A program made the position numbers and the translations under genes. A stretch of DNA of 64,000 bases. Source: Thecamonas trahens ATCC 50062 (lineage: Eukaryota; Protista; Apusomonadida). The notes under the pieces are model-generated. The model searched no databases, was not told where the DNA came from, and worked only from the letters and a program-made list of their open reading frames with translations. The stretch covers positions 62,001-126,000 of the forward strand of contig NW_013657663.1 of NCBI RefSeq assembly GCF_000142905.1, read 5' to 3'. Shown here one piece after another: positions 10,785-24,199 of the stretch (positions are counted from its first letter, which is position 1; each line of letters starts with the position of its first letter).

Positions 10785-13199
10785 TCACGCCGACAGCACG
10801 TCGTCAAAGAACAGCAGGGTGTGGACCTCGCGGTCGGCAGCGGCGGCAGGCTTGTTGAGCGCGTGGGTGTTGTCCGGATAGTGGAGGAGGCGGGCGGCGA
10901 CGCCGCGGGCCCGGAGAGCATAGTACAGCTCGGTGCCCTGTGGCGGCGGAACACGGCGATCGTTGAGCCCGATCATGATGATCATCGGCACCGACGAGCC
11001 GGCCGCGACATGGGCCATTGGCGAAGCTGCAAAGGCGGCGGCGAGGAGCTCGCCCGAGACCGGCTCGTCTGCCAGCGGCGCGCGGCCAATGACGTCCCAG
11101 CACCAGTCAGGAATGTCGGTGGCGCCCAGCATGGTCGCGATGTTGGTCACCGGGTTGCGGAGCGCCGCAGCCGCGTACGTCCCGCCGAACCGCAGCGCCG
11201 AGTGGCCCGAGAGGAAGCCGCCGTGCGATCCGCCGACAAGGAAGACGTTGGTGGCCGGGATGGCGGAAAGCGCCGGCGCCGCAAGCGCGTGCGCGGTCGC
11301 TGCCTGGACATCAGCCACGTCCATGTCGCCTACATGGCCCGGAAGCTTGGCCACAAACGCGTTGCCAAACCCGGTCGAGCCGCGGTAGTTGGGCTTGATG
11401 ACTGCGTAGCCCGAAAGGAGATAGAAGACCGTGGTGACGTCAAACGAGTCCGGGTAGCACGAGTGCGGCCCGCCGTGCGGGTTGACAATGAGACGGGCAT
11501 CTGGTCCGGCGGCAGTGAGCGCGGCTTCCGAGTACAGGAGATGCGCTTCAAAGACCTCGCCAGAGTCGTCGGTGCAGGCGACGAGCTCGGTGGTGCACGT
11601 GATGTCGGAAAGCGCGGCCGCCAGCTCTGCTGAGCACGACGGCGACGGGGACGCAAGCTCGACCCAGTCCGGTGCTGAGGCACTCGAGTCGAGCGCGGTG
11701 ATGAAGACCGTGGATGGGGTGGCCGGCGACGAGGAGGCGACGAGAACATGTCCGTGGGCAACATCGAGGAGGGTGCAGGTTCCGGCGCGCGGCGGCGGAA
11801 GGACGGTTGCCGTTGCCGCAGCGAGGTCGATGACCACCACACGGTAGCTAGAGCGGACGAGGGTCGTGACAAGCAGGGTGGTGGCGTTGAGCCACGCGCG
11901 GCCCGAAGCCGGGGCCAAGGAGTCCCCGTAGATACCGGTGAAAAGCTCGCCGTCGGTAGCAAGGTCCATATCGCGAGTAGCCACGACGGTCCGCGGCGAG
12001 GATGCGGGCTCGGTGAGCGCGGCCGGCCACGGGAGGGCGCACACCGCGGCAGCGCACCGGTGGGAGCGGGCAAGAGTGCGGGCAAGGTAGACAAGCTCGT
12101 CGCCGGCCGGAGTAAAGATAGGGGCCTCGGCGCGAAAGACGCCAGTCGGCAGCGGGAGAGGCTGGAGGAGGTCAGGGAGCTGGGCCGGGACCGCGACGGC
12201 GTAGAGCTTGATGGCGCGGTTGGAGCAGTAGACCAGCCCGAGGCGGCGTGAGGCCGCCGGCACGACGCCAAAGACTAGGTGACTGCCATCGGGCGAGAAA
12301 CAAGCTTGACCGAGACCCTCCAACTGCATGCCGTCGATAGCCAGATGCGACGCAGTCTCACCCGCACCGGCCGGCCCAAGCGCCGCGGCAACGTCAAGCA
12401 GGTACAGCTGCGGCCGCGCCACGCCGGTGTTCACCTCGCCCCAATCCTCGGAAAACTCGTACTTTGAGCGGATGCCAAAGGCTACTTGCTCGGTGGCGAG
12501 CTTGGCATCCGGTGCCGACTTGGGCTTGGACACCGAGTCGCTCGCGGGAGCAAAGACATCCTTCGGCTCGATAGACTTTGGTTCTGCGACCCAGACCAGC
12601 CGCGAGGCATCGGGCGACCAGACGAGGGTGGCAAAGGCCTGGTCCGAGACAATGTCACCATGGAGCTCGCCGAGAGCAGCAGCGTACGCCAGCGAGCCGT
12701 TCTTGCGGGCGATCTCGATCCTGGGCCCCTTCTCCTTTGAGTTGAAGAGCGAAGCAATGAGCGATCCATCATCTGAGGTAGCGGTGAGAGCAGGAGTGGC
12801 CGACGTTGTCCGCGTAGCAACAGGGAAGGAAGACCATGTGACCGAGTCGGAGCCGTCACAGAACCAGGAGTTGGTAGTGGACGACTTGGTCGCCGTGGGC
12901 GCATGGCAAGCCGAGAACGAGGCAGAGACAGCAGACGGAGAGTGAATGCGGCCAGAAGTAGCGAGCGGAATGGCCGAGATGGCCGTGTACCGCTGGGTGT
13001 ACTCGTCCTTGCGGGTGTCATGACAGAGAGACAGAGAGACAGAGAGAGAGAGAGAGAGGTGACGATGCTGACGATGATGACGACCATGCAAACCGGTGGT
13101 GAGCAACGAGACCATGCGCAGCGACACGATACGCATTGACGCCATCACGCAGCATGTACCATTCGCGATCGTAGGTAGCAAGCAACTCACCATCACCAT
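10785..13199 (-). CDS. APEH: Acylaminoacyl-peptidase (peptidase S9C)
   Basis: EDWGE, RLGLVYCSNR, HGGPHS, nucleophile GGSHGGF, DRRVP, NTHAL triad. 5' end uncertain: probable tiny exon near 13191-13199, GTGAGT donor at 13190, AG acceptor at 13008 after a CT tract. Confidence 0.9.
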   Translation of the reverse strand: MVMVSCLLPTIANGTCCVMASMRIVSLRMVSLLTTGLHGRHHRQHRHLSLSLSVSLSLCHDTRKDEYTQRYTAISAIPLATSGRIHSPSAVSASFSACHAPTATKSSTTNSWFCDGSDSVTWSSFPVATRTTSATPALTATSDDGSLIASLFNSKEKGPRIEIARKNGSLAYAAALGELHGDIVSDQAFATLVWSPDASRLVWVAEPKSIEPKDVFAPASDSVSKPKSAPDAKLATEQVAFGIRSKYEFSEDWGEVNTGVARPQLYLLDVAAALGPAGAGETASHLAIDGMQLEGLGQACFSPDGSHLVFGVVPAASRRLGLVYCSNRAIKLYAVAVPAQLPDLLQPLPLPTGVFRAEAPIFTPAGDELVYLARTLARSHRCAAAVCALPWPAALTEPASSPRTVVATRDMDLATDGELFTGIYGDSLAPASGRAWLNATTLLVTTLVRSSYRVVVIDLAAATATVLPPPRAGTCTLLDVAHGHVLVASSSPATPSTVFITALDSSASAPDWVELASPSPSCSAELAAALSDITCTTELVACTDDSGEVFEAHLLYSEAALTAAGPDARLIVNPHGGPHSCYPDSFDVTTVFYLLSGYAVIKPNYRGSTGFGNAFVAKLPGHVGDMDVADVQAATAHALAAPALSAIPATNVFLVGGSHGGFLSGHSALRFGGTYAAAALRNPVTNIATMLGATDIPDWCWDVIGRAPLADEPVSGELLAAAFAASPMAHVAAGSSVPMIIMIGLNDRRVPPPQGTELYYALRARGVAARLLHYPDNTHALNKPAAAADREVHTLLFFDDVLSA

Positions 13200-13530
13200 C
13201 TGCACATGATTGTTGATGGTTAGGTGTGTATGTGTGGCGAGAGCCGGCTTTGATGGAAGCTGCCCAATGTGATGGGTGATGGGGAGGGAGGGGGAGGGAG
13301 GGAGGGAGGGGCATGGAAGGCTGATCTGGGCGATGGGTGGCGAGTGGCGGAGGGAGAGTGCTGTGACACACTGAGTTTGGCTTGATCATGGCCAAGTCCA
13401 CCATGTCCACCATGTCCATCACATCAGCCATGTTAGCCGAGTCGGACGGAGGGAAGGGAGGGGGAGGGGGAGGGGAAGGGGGAGGGGGAGGGGAAATGAG
13501 TGGGTACTTGACTCATACCTGCATACAGTG

Positions 13531-15011
13531 ATGGAGGGTGGAGGAGGAGGAGACAACCCCAGTGGGGAGAAGGGCACTGACTATACTGTGACCTCTGGTG
13601 TGGTATGTGTGTGGTTGGGGAGGGGGAGGGGGGAGGGGGGGGGAGGGGGGAGGGAGGGGGGATGGCAACATGGGGTGTGGGAGGGGGGGAGGGGGGGGAA
13701 GGGCGGCATGGGGCCAGACATGGGCATGAGAAATATCACACTGTACTTACTGATGAGGTATAACATGGGTGAACACGGGTGTCGACCTGGGTATCGATGT
13801 GGGTGCGGGTATACGTGGCGTTGGCGACGGACGGCATGGCGTGGGTATCGTCGATCATTATGGTCACTGCGATGACTGTGGCTGGGACACGGATGAATGT
13901 CATCATCGCACTGGTGCTGCAGGCCACCACTGAGACCATGACTGCTCTGCCGACAATTGGCAAGGGCAAGAAGAAGAAGGGCAAGAAGAAGGCGACGCCG
14001 ACGATGGCTGCTCTGGAGGCCATGCTGCTGTCGAGTGACAAGGCCTCGTCGCGTCGTGGAGGAAACCGCGGAAAGGGTCGTCGCGGGCGTGGTCGTGGAC
14101 GCGGACGTGGACGTGGTCGTGGCCGTGGTCGCGGGCGCGGACGTGGACCGGCGCTCATCCGCGAGGATGACGTGCTCGCCGGCCCGTTCTCCAACCCAGC
14201 GTTCAACAAGCCCAAGAAGAACACGCGTCCGAGCACCGGCGGCGGCGGTGGCGGCGGTGGTGGCTCTGGTGGCTCTCGCAGCTCCAGGACGTCGTCCAAG
14301 AAGGGCCGAACCGGCGTTCGAATGGACGTCCGTATCTCGCAGGCCGCGCGCGAGGCGGTGGGCAGGGTCGCGCCCGCTCGAGCCGGGCGGTCCGGCCTCG
14401 AGGCTAACGCTGACGAGCTGGACGACGATGCCGGCGACGACATTGCCGACTACAACGTCTCGCGCCCGATGGTGCTTGGCGACAAGGGTGCGGCCGTCCT
14501 CATCGGTGCCAACCGCCACGAGGCCGAGCTTCCGGCCGACGAGCCACAGATTAGCAACGGCGGCCAGCCCGGTCCGCTCTTTGCCCGCGACGGCTACATG
14601 GTCATGCAGATGCCGCCGACACTCCCGCTAGCACCGGTCGATGCTGCCGATGCGGGCGCCTCGGGCAGCAACGCCGACGACGACGGCGATGGCGAGGCCC
14701 GCGACAAGAGCACGCTCCGCCGCCAGCGCATCCCCATGCACAACTCGGTCCTGCGCCAGGTCGAGCCCGGCAAGATCGGCAAGATTGTCGTCCGCGCTTC
14801 GGGCCGGACGCAAATGATCATCGGCGGCGTCACCTTTGAACTTCGCGGGGGAACCCAGACTCGCTTTGCCGAGCAGCTGGCTATTGTCCGCCCGCCTGCT
14901 GTTACGCCCGAAGGGCCTCCGGCCGACGGCGAGTGCGGCCACATCACGTTTGTGGGTCAGGCCGCTGCCCGCCTTGTTGCCATGCCTGCTCTCGGCGCCA
15001 CCCAGCGGTAA
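13531..15011 (+). CDS. POLR3D: RNA polymerase III subunit RPC4 (RPC53), 2 exons (13531-13602, 13923-15011)
   Basis: C-terminal RPC4 motif GKIGKIVVRASGRTQMIIGGVTFELRGG...FAEQL; in-frame phase-0 intron GTATGT...CAG at 13603-13922. Confidence 0.8.
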
Positions 15012-15037
15012 CTCGTGTCTGCCGCCGCTGTTTACTC

Positions 15038-17238
15038 TCATCGAAGGTCCTGGAGAACCGAGCTCTGTCGCGACAGCGGTTCGGCCCGCGACGCGCCCAG
15101 GACCGCCATCAGGTCGGCCTTTGCCGTCTCGAGCTCTGCCGCGCCTACCATGCTCATACCGAGCGTCTCGTTGAGCGCGTGTAGCATCGAGTCGTTACCA
15201 AAGCCCGATGCGTTGGGATCGGCCTCAACGTTCTCCACCTCCCAGCCCACGCTCGGCTTGGTCGCCAGTGCCGACTTGCGCAGCGCCGGCGCCACTGCGG
15301 GCCCGCTCGCTGGTGATGCCGACGCCCGCAGCACCGCAGAGGTGAGCACGAGCTCGTCGGCCAGCACGCTGTTGGACGCCTCTAGACGCGCAGCCTGTGC
15401 GCCCTCGGCATCAAGCACCGCTGTCACCTGCGCAACTCGCGCCTGGAGCTCTTCCCGAAGCGAAAGAAGTTTTGAGAGCAGCTCGTCCTTACGAGCCGCC
15501 AGCTTCGCTGTCCGCTCGCGGGCGGCGGTCACCTCGCTCGCCAGCGCCGTCATCCGCTCAGTATACTCGGCCCGGAGCTGCCGGATCTCGGCCTTCAGCA
15601 CTGTCTTGGTCTCGAGCAGCTGCTCGCCCTGGCCCCGCAGCGCGTCGAGCTTGGCCCTTGCTGAGCTCTCGGCCTCGCTCATCTGCGCCTTGAGGCTGTC
15701 GCGCTGGACCTCGAGCTCACGGACCCGCGCCCGCAGCTGCGCCACCGATGCCGCCCTCTTGGTCGCCTTGGACTCGTCGGATGATGCCGCCGATGCCCGC
15801 TGGCTCCGGAGTCCCGCCAGCTGCGCCTTGAGCGCCTCGGCCGCCGACGAGAGCAACTCGATCTCGGCCTGCGCCCGGTCGCGGTCAGCCGCCGCAGCCG
15901 CAGCCTCAGCCTCGACGCTTTCGCGCTCGTTCTCGACTTGGGCCTGCAGGCTCGCAATGCTCGCCCGCAGCTCGATCGCCGCCGCCTGGGTCGCCTTGGC
16001 AGTCGCACGCGTCGCCGCCGCGCTCGCCGCCGCCGCGTCGCGGCCCGACCGTAAATCTGCAACCTCGGCCGTCAGGCTGTCGCGTTCCCGCTTGAGCGCG
16101 GCGAGCTCGTCCCGAGCCGCATCGAGCTCGCCCGTCGGCAAAGGCTGGGCGAGGCTCGCAATCTCGGCCTTGAGCTTGGCCTTGGTGGTGGTGAGCGCGT
16201 TGAGCTCGGCGCGCGCAGCACTGAGCTCGTTGGCCGCTGCCGCCGCCGCTGTCGACACTTCCGCCGCCGCCGCCTCGGCAGCAGCTCGCTTGAGCTCGAG
16301 GCTCACCGCGAGCTCGTCGCAAGTGTGCTGCAGCGCCGCAATTTCAGTCTCGACCTTGGTCAGTGCTGCCTTTGCATCACGGGCGTCGTTGTCGGCCTGC
16401 CCGGCCTGCCGCTCGATAGACGCTTCCAGGTCATCCATCTGAGCCGCCAGCGCCGCAGCGTCGGCCTCGAGCTCGGCCTTTTTCGTCCGCGCGCTCATGA
16501 CCTGCTCGCGAAGCTGGGCGAGCGAGAACTCGGCGTCGGCGTTGGCCATCTCCAGCCGCGAAATCTCCGACCCGAGCTCCTCCAGCTCGGCAGCCAGCGC
16601 CTCCTGGGCCGCCACCACTTCGGCGGCTTCGGCGGCAGCCTTGCGCTTGGCCTCGATCTGCCGCCGCAGCTCGGCCGAGGCGTCAGTCGTGCCGAGCCCA
16701 GACGAGCCAAGCGTCCGCGACGGCGTCGACATCGACGTCTGCGGCTGTGGTGAGAGCAGCTGCTCCCGCTGCTGCTGTACACTCGGCGACGAGGCTGGCG
16801 CCGGCGATCCGCGCCGCAACCTCGCCAACGGATTGTCCGTGCCTCCACTGACCGCGCCTCCCACCTGTGGCGACGACAACGACGACGATGCAGACTTTGC
16901 TGAAAGAAGTGACGAGGCCCGCAGCCGAGCAAGTGGATTCGACGACGACGACGACGACGAGAGTGAGGTCGACGACCCAGACGACGACGACAAAGATAGC
17001 GACGATGTGGCACTCGCAGCCGAGCTGGCAGTCTTGGCAGATGTGTTAGGAGTGGCGGATGATGTGGGCCCTCTCAGCCGTGCGGTGAAGAGCGCAAACG
17101 AACTCGTGGCCGATGATCCTCCGGCAGTGGCGGTGGCAGTGGTGGCAGTGGTGGTGGTGGTGGCGTTGTTGGCGTTGCTGGCATGGCTGGCGGTGGTGAG
17201 CGGGGAGGACGGTTGAAGAGCGCAGCAGCTGTGGACAT
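15038..17238 (-). CDS. Uncharacterised long coiled-coil protein with Ser/Thr-rich N-terminus
   Basis: Long A/E/L/R heptad region with genome-typical codon usage; repeated NPLARLR motif. Start uncertain: ATG 17238 joins only with one extra base at 17202-17205. Confidence 0.6.
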
Positions 17239-17463
17239 GCGCTCGGTGGGGGAGAACATGTGGATGCTGGTGGGGTGGTGAGGTGGTGGGAGTTGCTTGA
17301 CTTGCTTGGCGGCTGGCTCTGCTCCGTCGCGGCTGGCGGTGGGTTGGCGCGTGCGCAGGGCAATGGCGCCAGCGCCGATGGCGCAAAAAATTTGAACGCA
17401 GTTTGATGGCGGCGCCTGTCGGTACATATCGGCTGGCAGGGGAGGGGGGGGGGGCGAGAGGTT

Positions 17464-18602
<1,139 letters not shown>

Positions 18603-19237
18603 GTTGTCTCGCCTGTCTATGTCTATGGCGTCGTCAAGTGGTGGCGACCCCCCCCCCCCCTTCCCCCTCACCCTCTGTCCCCCCCTCCTCCCCCCTCCCC
18701 CTCTCAGTTGCCCTGCCTCCGTGTCGACTACCCGTCGCCGGATCCCATTTGGTTTCGTTCGAACGATGGCTGACCGAAAATCGTCCAAGCGCCTCCAGGA
18801 CAACGTCCTCCCGGCTAGCACATCAAACGCGATGCTTACAGGGCATATCGACAGGGGAGGGGGGGGGGGTCTAGTCGCATTTTTTGAGCTGACGATCGCC
18901 ACCACGGTGATTTCCGCCGAGAGCATGCTCCGCAGGCCCGGGAGGTGTGCAAAGGTGTGCCGAGGTGAGCCGAGGTGACCCCAAGTGTGCAAGGACAGAT
19001 CACATCCATTGTCTTCACCAATCAGTCACCATCCACAAGGCGTACAAGCCTCTCACCACTGTACAAGCCAAGATCGGAACACGTCGCCTGTGACGTGCGC
19101 GCGACGCGGCTTTTCCATCATTCTTCGCACGCGTGAAAAAAATCAAATCGTCACACGCGCCCACCCACCGCACGCCGTACCTCCCCGCATCCCCCCTCCC
19201 CCGCTTCCTCCGCACACTCCACTCAGTCCAACTTGCC

Positions 19238-22200
19238 ATGTACACAAGTGGCAGTATGATGTGTGCAGTTGCTGTAGTGGTGGTGGGCATGGCTGTGCTC
19301 GGCATGGTCCAGGCGGAGCAGGTCGGCAAGTACGAGCTGCTGGCAAGCTACTCGCCGGTGGCAGCTTCGGCGGCGGTTGTGATCTCGGGCAAGGCGCGGT
19401 TCTCGGTTCTCACTCCGCGGGTCATCCGGTGCGAGTACGCCAGCTCGGGCAGCTTTAACGATGCGGCCACGACTGCGTTTATCAACAGGAACACCTCGGT
19501 CCCGCACTACTCCACGGCGACGTCCAACGGCGTCCTCACCATCACCACTCAGTACCTCAAGCTCGAGTATGTGGTGGGCAGTCCGTTCTCGGGCGCCACG
19601 CTCTCGATCGCCTCGGTGGCGGGCAACTCGTCGCGGGTGGCGAGGCCGGGCAAGAGCTCGTGGGCCTTTCGCGGCGCGCCCAGCGCGCCGTCGGCGGCGT
19701 TTGAGACCTGGCACTACGGCGATGCGCCTGAGGGCAACCTGCTCGGCACCATCAAGTCGCTCGACCTGCTGGGCGTTATCTCGCTCAACTGCACCGAGAA
19801 CGCGCACGTTCGGATCCACGATGAGTCGCTTCACTGCCGGTGGGGCCTTGTCTCGCGGGCCGGATGGGCAGCGGTCGACGACACGCCGAACTATGTGCTC
19901 GACAAGGAGCTGGCGTGGTGGGACGGGCCGGCCAAGAACCCAGACTCTGCTGACGTGACTTTTTTGGGCACGGGCACGACTACATGGGTGCACTGGCCGA
20001 CTTTGTGACGCTTGCCGGCAAGATCCCGATGGCCCCGCGGTACGCGGCCGGCATCTTCCGCACCCGGTGGTACGACTACAACTCGCACGATGTGCTCGAC
20101 GTGCTCGACGACTACGAGATCCGCTCCATTCCACTTGACGTGCTCATCCTTGACATGGACTGGCACCAGAAGGCGCCACCGCCCAACGCGTGGGGCTCGT
20201 ACACCTGGGACACGCGGCTGTTCCCCATCCCCGACGCGTTTGTGCACGCGGTCTCGTCCAAGGGCCTGCCGATGATGGTCAACATCCACGACGACAACGG
20301 CATTGCCAACGTCGAGGCCGAGTATGCTGCGGCGGCCAAGGCACTGGGTGTCACCGGCGGCGGCTCGATTGCCTTTGACATTGTCAATCAGTCGTATGCC
20401 TACGTGCTCGAGGACATTGTCATGGGCGCGGTGGTTGCCACCGCCGGTCCGGCGCCATACGGCATCGACACCGGCTCGCCGTCGTACTGGGGCGGGTGGT
20501 GGACCGATTTTCAGCAGGGCGGGAACCAGGGAAACACGCCCGGCGGCTACCTCTCAGCCGAGATCATCCTCAACAAGCTGCGCGGAACCGACTACATGCG
20601 CCGCGGTGTCAACCAGCGCGACTACACGCTGTCGCGGTGGGGTGGGCTCGGCAATCATCGCTACGGCCAGGGCTTCTCCGGCGACGTGCTCGTTGTCGAC
20701 TGGGCCGATCTCGCGTTCCAGCCGTACTTTTCCATGACCGCTACCAACGTCGGCTTTGGCTTTTGGTCGCACGATCTGGTCGGCCCGCCCAACACCGCCG
20801 CCGCCGCCCGCGAGCTCCACACCCGCTGGCTGCAGTGGGGCGCGTTCTCGGGCGTGTTCCGGACCCACGACCGCGGCATGTCGGCCGGCTCGTGTGCCGA
20901 CACAGACCCGAACACCTGCTTTGTGGTCGAGGTGTGGAACACGGACAAGGAGAACTTTAAGATCAACCGCGAGGCCATGGTCCAACGCTCCGAGCTTGTT
21001 CCCTACATCTACACCGCATACCGGGCCGCGTTCGAGACCGGGCTCTCGCTCATTCGCCCGATGTACTACTACTGGCCCGAGTTCGACGCGGCGTACGCCA
21101 CGACGCCGACCGGCCGCTTTGCGCAGTACATGTTTGGCCCGGACATCCTCGTTGCACCGGTGGTGGTCCCGTCGGACATTGTTTCGGGCCTCACCCCATG
21201 GTCGGTCTTCATTCCTCCGGGAACCTGGTACGAGGTCGGGACCGGCGCCATGGTGTTCGGCACAAGCGACGGTTCGACGGTGCTGAGCAAGTCGTTCCCG
21301 CTCCACGAGATCCCGATGTTTGTCCGCGGCTCGGCCATTCTGCCCAAGGTCTCGCTCGTGCCGGGCAAGCCGCTCGGCAACGCGCTCCGCCAGTACTCGC
21401 ACCTGGTGCTCGAGCTGTACCCGCCGCTGGCAGCGTCCACATCGACAGTGGTGTACGAGGACGACGGCGCGACGCTCGACTACGTGGCATCGGAGGCGTA
21501 CGTGGTGACTACTGTCGGGTACACCTCGGCAGCGGCCGACGGCGTGACCACGCTCAAGCTCACGGTCTCCTCGGCGCCGGCCGCGGGCAAGCCATACCCG
21601 CTCTTCCCGAGCGCGCGCACCTACGAGGTTCGCGTCGTGTCGGGCATGCCGCTCATGAGCGGAAGCGTCAACGGCGTGGCCTTGACTGCCAACGACTGGT
21701 CGTACGACGGTGAGCGGATGATGCTGAGCGTAACGACGCCGGCTGCGGTGCCGACCTCGGCGCCGGCCTCGATCGTGCTGCTCTTCGCGAGCCCGGACGA
21801 GAGCCTGCTCATGGGCGCACGTGGAATGGTGAACCACGGCATCCACGCCAAGAAGAAGCTCGATGAGGCGCGAGTGACGCCCGGCGCGCACTCGCCGACT
21901 GGTGGAAAGCTCATGGCACTCGCGTCGGCTGGCTTTGAGCTCTCTGCTTACGCCAAGAGCTCGGCGACGCAGTTTATGACCGTGCTCAAGAGCCTTAGTG
22001 CGCGACTCGACGCCGCCTCGGCCGAGCTCGCCGCCGTCCAGCCTTCGCTGCCGGCGTACACCTTTACCCAGCTGTGGGATCCGGCGCGCCAAGACAATGC
22101 GCTCTGCTGCGCGGCGCAGTGCTACAAGGACAACTCGTACTACGCGTCGCTGAGGATCGAGGGCTACGGCGTCTCGCCGGGCACTCCGGGCTCGATTCCG

Positions 22201-22545
22201 CTGCTGGCGTACTACTCGGCGAGTGCGCAGGATAACGCCGACTCGACTTACGGGCTGCAGTTTGCAAGCGAGTACGCGCCGGCGCAGTTCTCGGCCAACG
22301 GCTATGTGCTCGCGTTGGAAGCGCCGGGTACCGTCCCGCTGCAGCTGTTTTACTCTGCATCGCGGCACGACTACCTCACGGTGGCGTCGGCCGAAGGCAT
22401 CGCCTACGCGAACAGCAACGGGTACACGCGCATCGACAGCGCACTCGGGTGGGTCTACACCTCGCCGCCGTTGTCGGGATCGTCATCGATCGACGCCGCG
22501 CGGTGGACGTACGCGGCGACACTCCTGGCCAACGCAGCAAACTAA
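19238..22545 (+). CDS. Secreted glycoside hydrolase family 31 (GH31_u1-like) with C-terminal repeats; split by a 1-nt frameshift
   Basis: Signal peptide, ARFSVLTPRVIRCEY, IPLDVLILDMDWH, nucleophile WWTDFQQG, GLGNHRY..GFSGD, RWLQWGAFS, YEDDG. An extra T at 19960-19965 restores VTFFGHGHDYMGALADF and fuses ORFs 19133-20008 and 19984-22545. Confidence 0.9.
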
Positions 22546-22600
22546 GGCTAGTCGGTAAAAGTACAACAGCACACCCCATGTCATGGCCGAGTGAACGGGC

Positions 22601-24199
22601 TCACAGCGGAAGCTGCGCAGCCAACCGGCGCTCAACTAGCTCGGACATGACGTTGATGAGCTCGTATTGCAGCTGCTGAAGGCGGTAGACGGTGTTCTCG
22701 TGGTACGACATGGTGGCAAGGTAGGTGTTGAGCCAAGTGAGATTGCAGGTGAGGTTGGTCATGGGCACGAGATCGTCGTGGCGGAGCGAGCCGGCCATGA
22801 GCTCGAGCATGTCTTGGACGTTCTGCTCGGGTGAGAGCGTCTTTGTGCGTTCGATGAGCACCTCGTAGTCGCGCTGCTGGCGCTCGAGAATGAGAGCCTT
22901 CTTCTTGCGGTACTGCTCAAGCTTGATCCGCTTCATGGCGGCCTTGTCCTCGGCGGCAGAGCGGTCGAGGCGCTCGACAAAGATACCGATGAAGAGGTTG
23001 GCAAAGATAAAGTGGCCAACTAGGATGAACGAGACAGTGTATAGCCGCGAGGCCTTGGAGATCTCGTCAAGCTTAGCCTGGAGCGCAGTCCACCCGTCGA
23101 CAGTGACAAAGGTGAAGAGCGAGATGATGCCGTCGCCGAGGGTTCCCCACCGCTCGCGGTCGTGATACTCCTCGTAGCCAAACAGGTAGTAGCCAATGAT
23201 GGCGTAGACAAAGATGACGAGGAAGAGCAAGCCAAGGAGATAGACAATGTCGCCCAGAGTCTTGTAAAAGGCCTGGACAAGGATTTGCAGCGAGCGCACA
23301 AACGAGATCGAGCGAAGGGCACGGAGCGAGCGGAGGGCGCGGATGACACGGAGAAAGGTGAACTCGCCGAGGACCGAGGCCGAGGCAAAGAGCAGTTGGA
23401 CGTATGAAATGAGGAGGATGAAAAAGTCGAACCGGTTGTAGCCCGACTCCCAGTAGCCGAGCGGACGGGCGATGAGCTTAAAGACAAACTCGAGCGAGTA
23501 GAGGGTGATGGTGGCCCAGTCGATGGCGGCAAAGAACTTGGCGTTGTTCTCACGCACGGTCCGGTCTGTCTCGATGGCAATGACCACGGCGTTGAAGATG
23601 ATCACCAGCATGATACCGACCGAAAACACGTTCGACGTCGTCACCCACTCCATAAACGCCTGCAACTGCGCCAAGGCTGCCGGGTCCGCCGGCCGCTCAA
23701 CAACTTCCTCCTCCTCGGGCCGATTCGCCGTCTCGTTCTCCGCCGTCAGCAGCCTCCTTCCGGACATTGCCGGCGGCGCCATCGAGTTGAGCGACGAGAA
23801 CGACCGCCACATCCCTGCTCCTCCTGTCCCTGCCCGATCCAGATGCGACCGCCCTCCCGGCGACCGTTCTGCCGGTGATCGGCCTGCCGGTGATCGGCCT
23901 GCCGGTGATCGGCCTGCCGGTGATCGGCCTGCCGGTGATCGGCCTGCAGGCGACCGACGGGTGGGCGAGAGCGTTGAACGAGATCGCGAGTCTGATGCAA
24001 AGCCGCGCGATGAACGCGAGGCCGAGGGAGATACCGTCGGCGATGGTTGTCTCCGGAGCGGTGACGGGCTCCTGCCGCCTGCTCCGCTCCCCCCGCTCGC
24101 GCTGCTGAGGGTGCGTGTGTGGGCCGAGAGTGGCGGTGGGCGGTGGGAATGGGGTAAGGAGAGGTTGGAGGCTGAAGCTGATGGGGTGGTCATGGCCAT
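22601..24199 (-). CDS. CATSPER3: CatSper cation channel alpha subunit, CatSper3-like
   Basis: Single 6TM domain, S4 RVIRALRSLRALRSI, pore TVDGW, and a CatSper3-type tail (LILERQQ...LRHDD...YHENTVYRLQQLQYELINVMS). Start MAMTTPS at 24199. Confidence 0.85.
   Translation of the reverse strand: MAMTTPSASASNLSLPHSHRPPPLSAHTRTLSSASGGSGAGGRSPSPLRRQPSPTVSPSASRSSRGFASDSRSRSTLSPTRRSPAGRSPAGRSPAGRSPAGRSPAGRSPAERSPGGRSHLDRAGTGGAGMWRSFSSLNSMAPPAMSGRRLLTAENETANRPEEEEVVERPADPAALAQLQAFMEWVTTSNVFSVGIMLVIIFNAVVIAIETDRTVRENNAKFFAAIDWATITLYSLEFVFKLIARPLGYWESGYNRFDFFILLISYVQLLFASASVLGEFTFLRVIRALRSLRALRSISFVRSLQILVQAFYKTLGDIVYLLGLLFLVIFVYAIIGYYLFGYEEYHDRERWGTLGDGIISLFTFVTVDGWTALQAKLDEISKASRLYTVSFILVGHFIFANLFIGIFVERLDRSAAEDKAAMKRIKLEQYRKKKALILERQQRDYEVLIERTKTLSPEQNVQDMLELMAGSLRHDDLVPMTNLTCNLTWLNTYLATMSYHENTVYRLQQLQYELINVMSELVERRLAAQLPL
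23871..23945. repeat. 15-bp coding tandem repeat x5 (encodes RSPAG) in the CatSper N-terminus
   Basis: (GCCGGTGATCGGCCT)5 read directly. Confidence 0.95.

Noticed and set aside
10772-11633. C-terminal extension of the 1659-aa ORF
   Set aside because: It is antisense to the APEH catalytic domain and arises from the frameshift at 10644-10648; the natural reductase end is at 10771.
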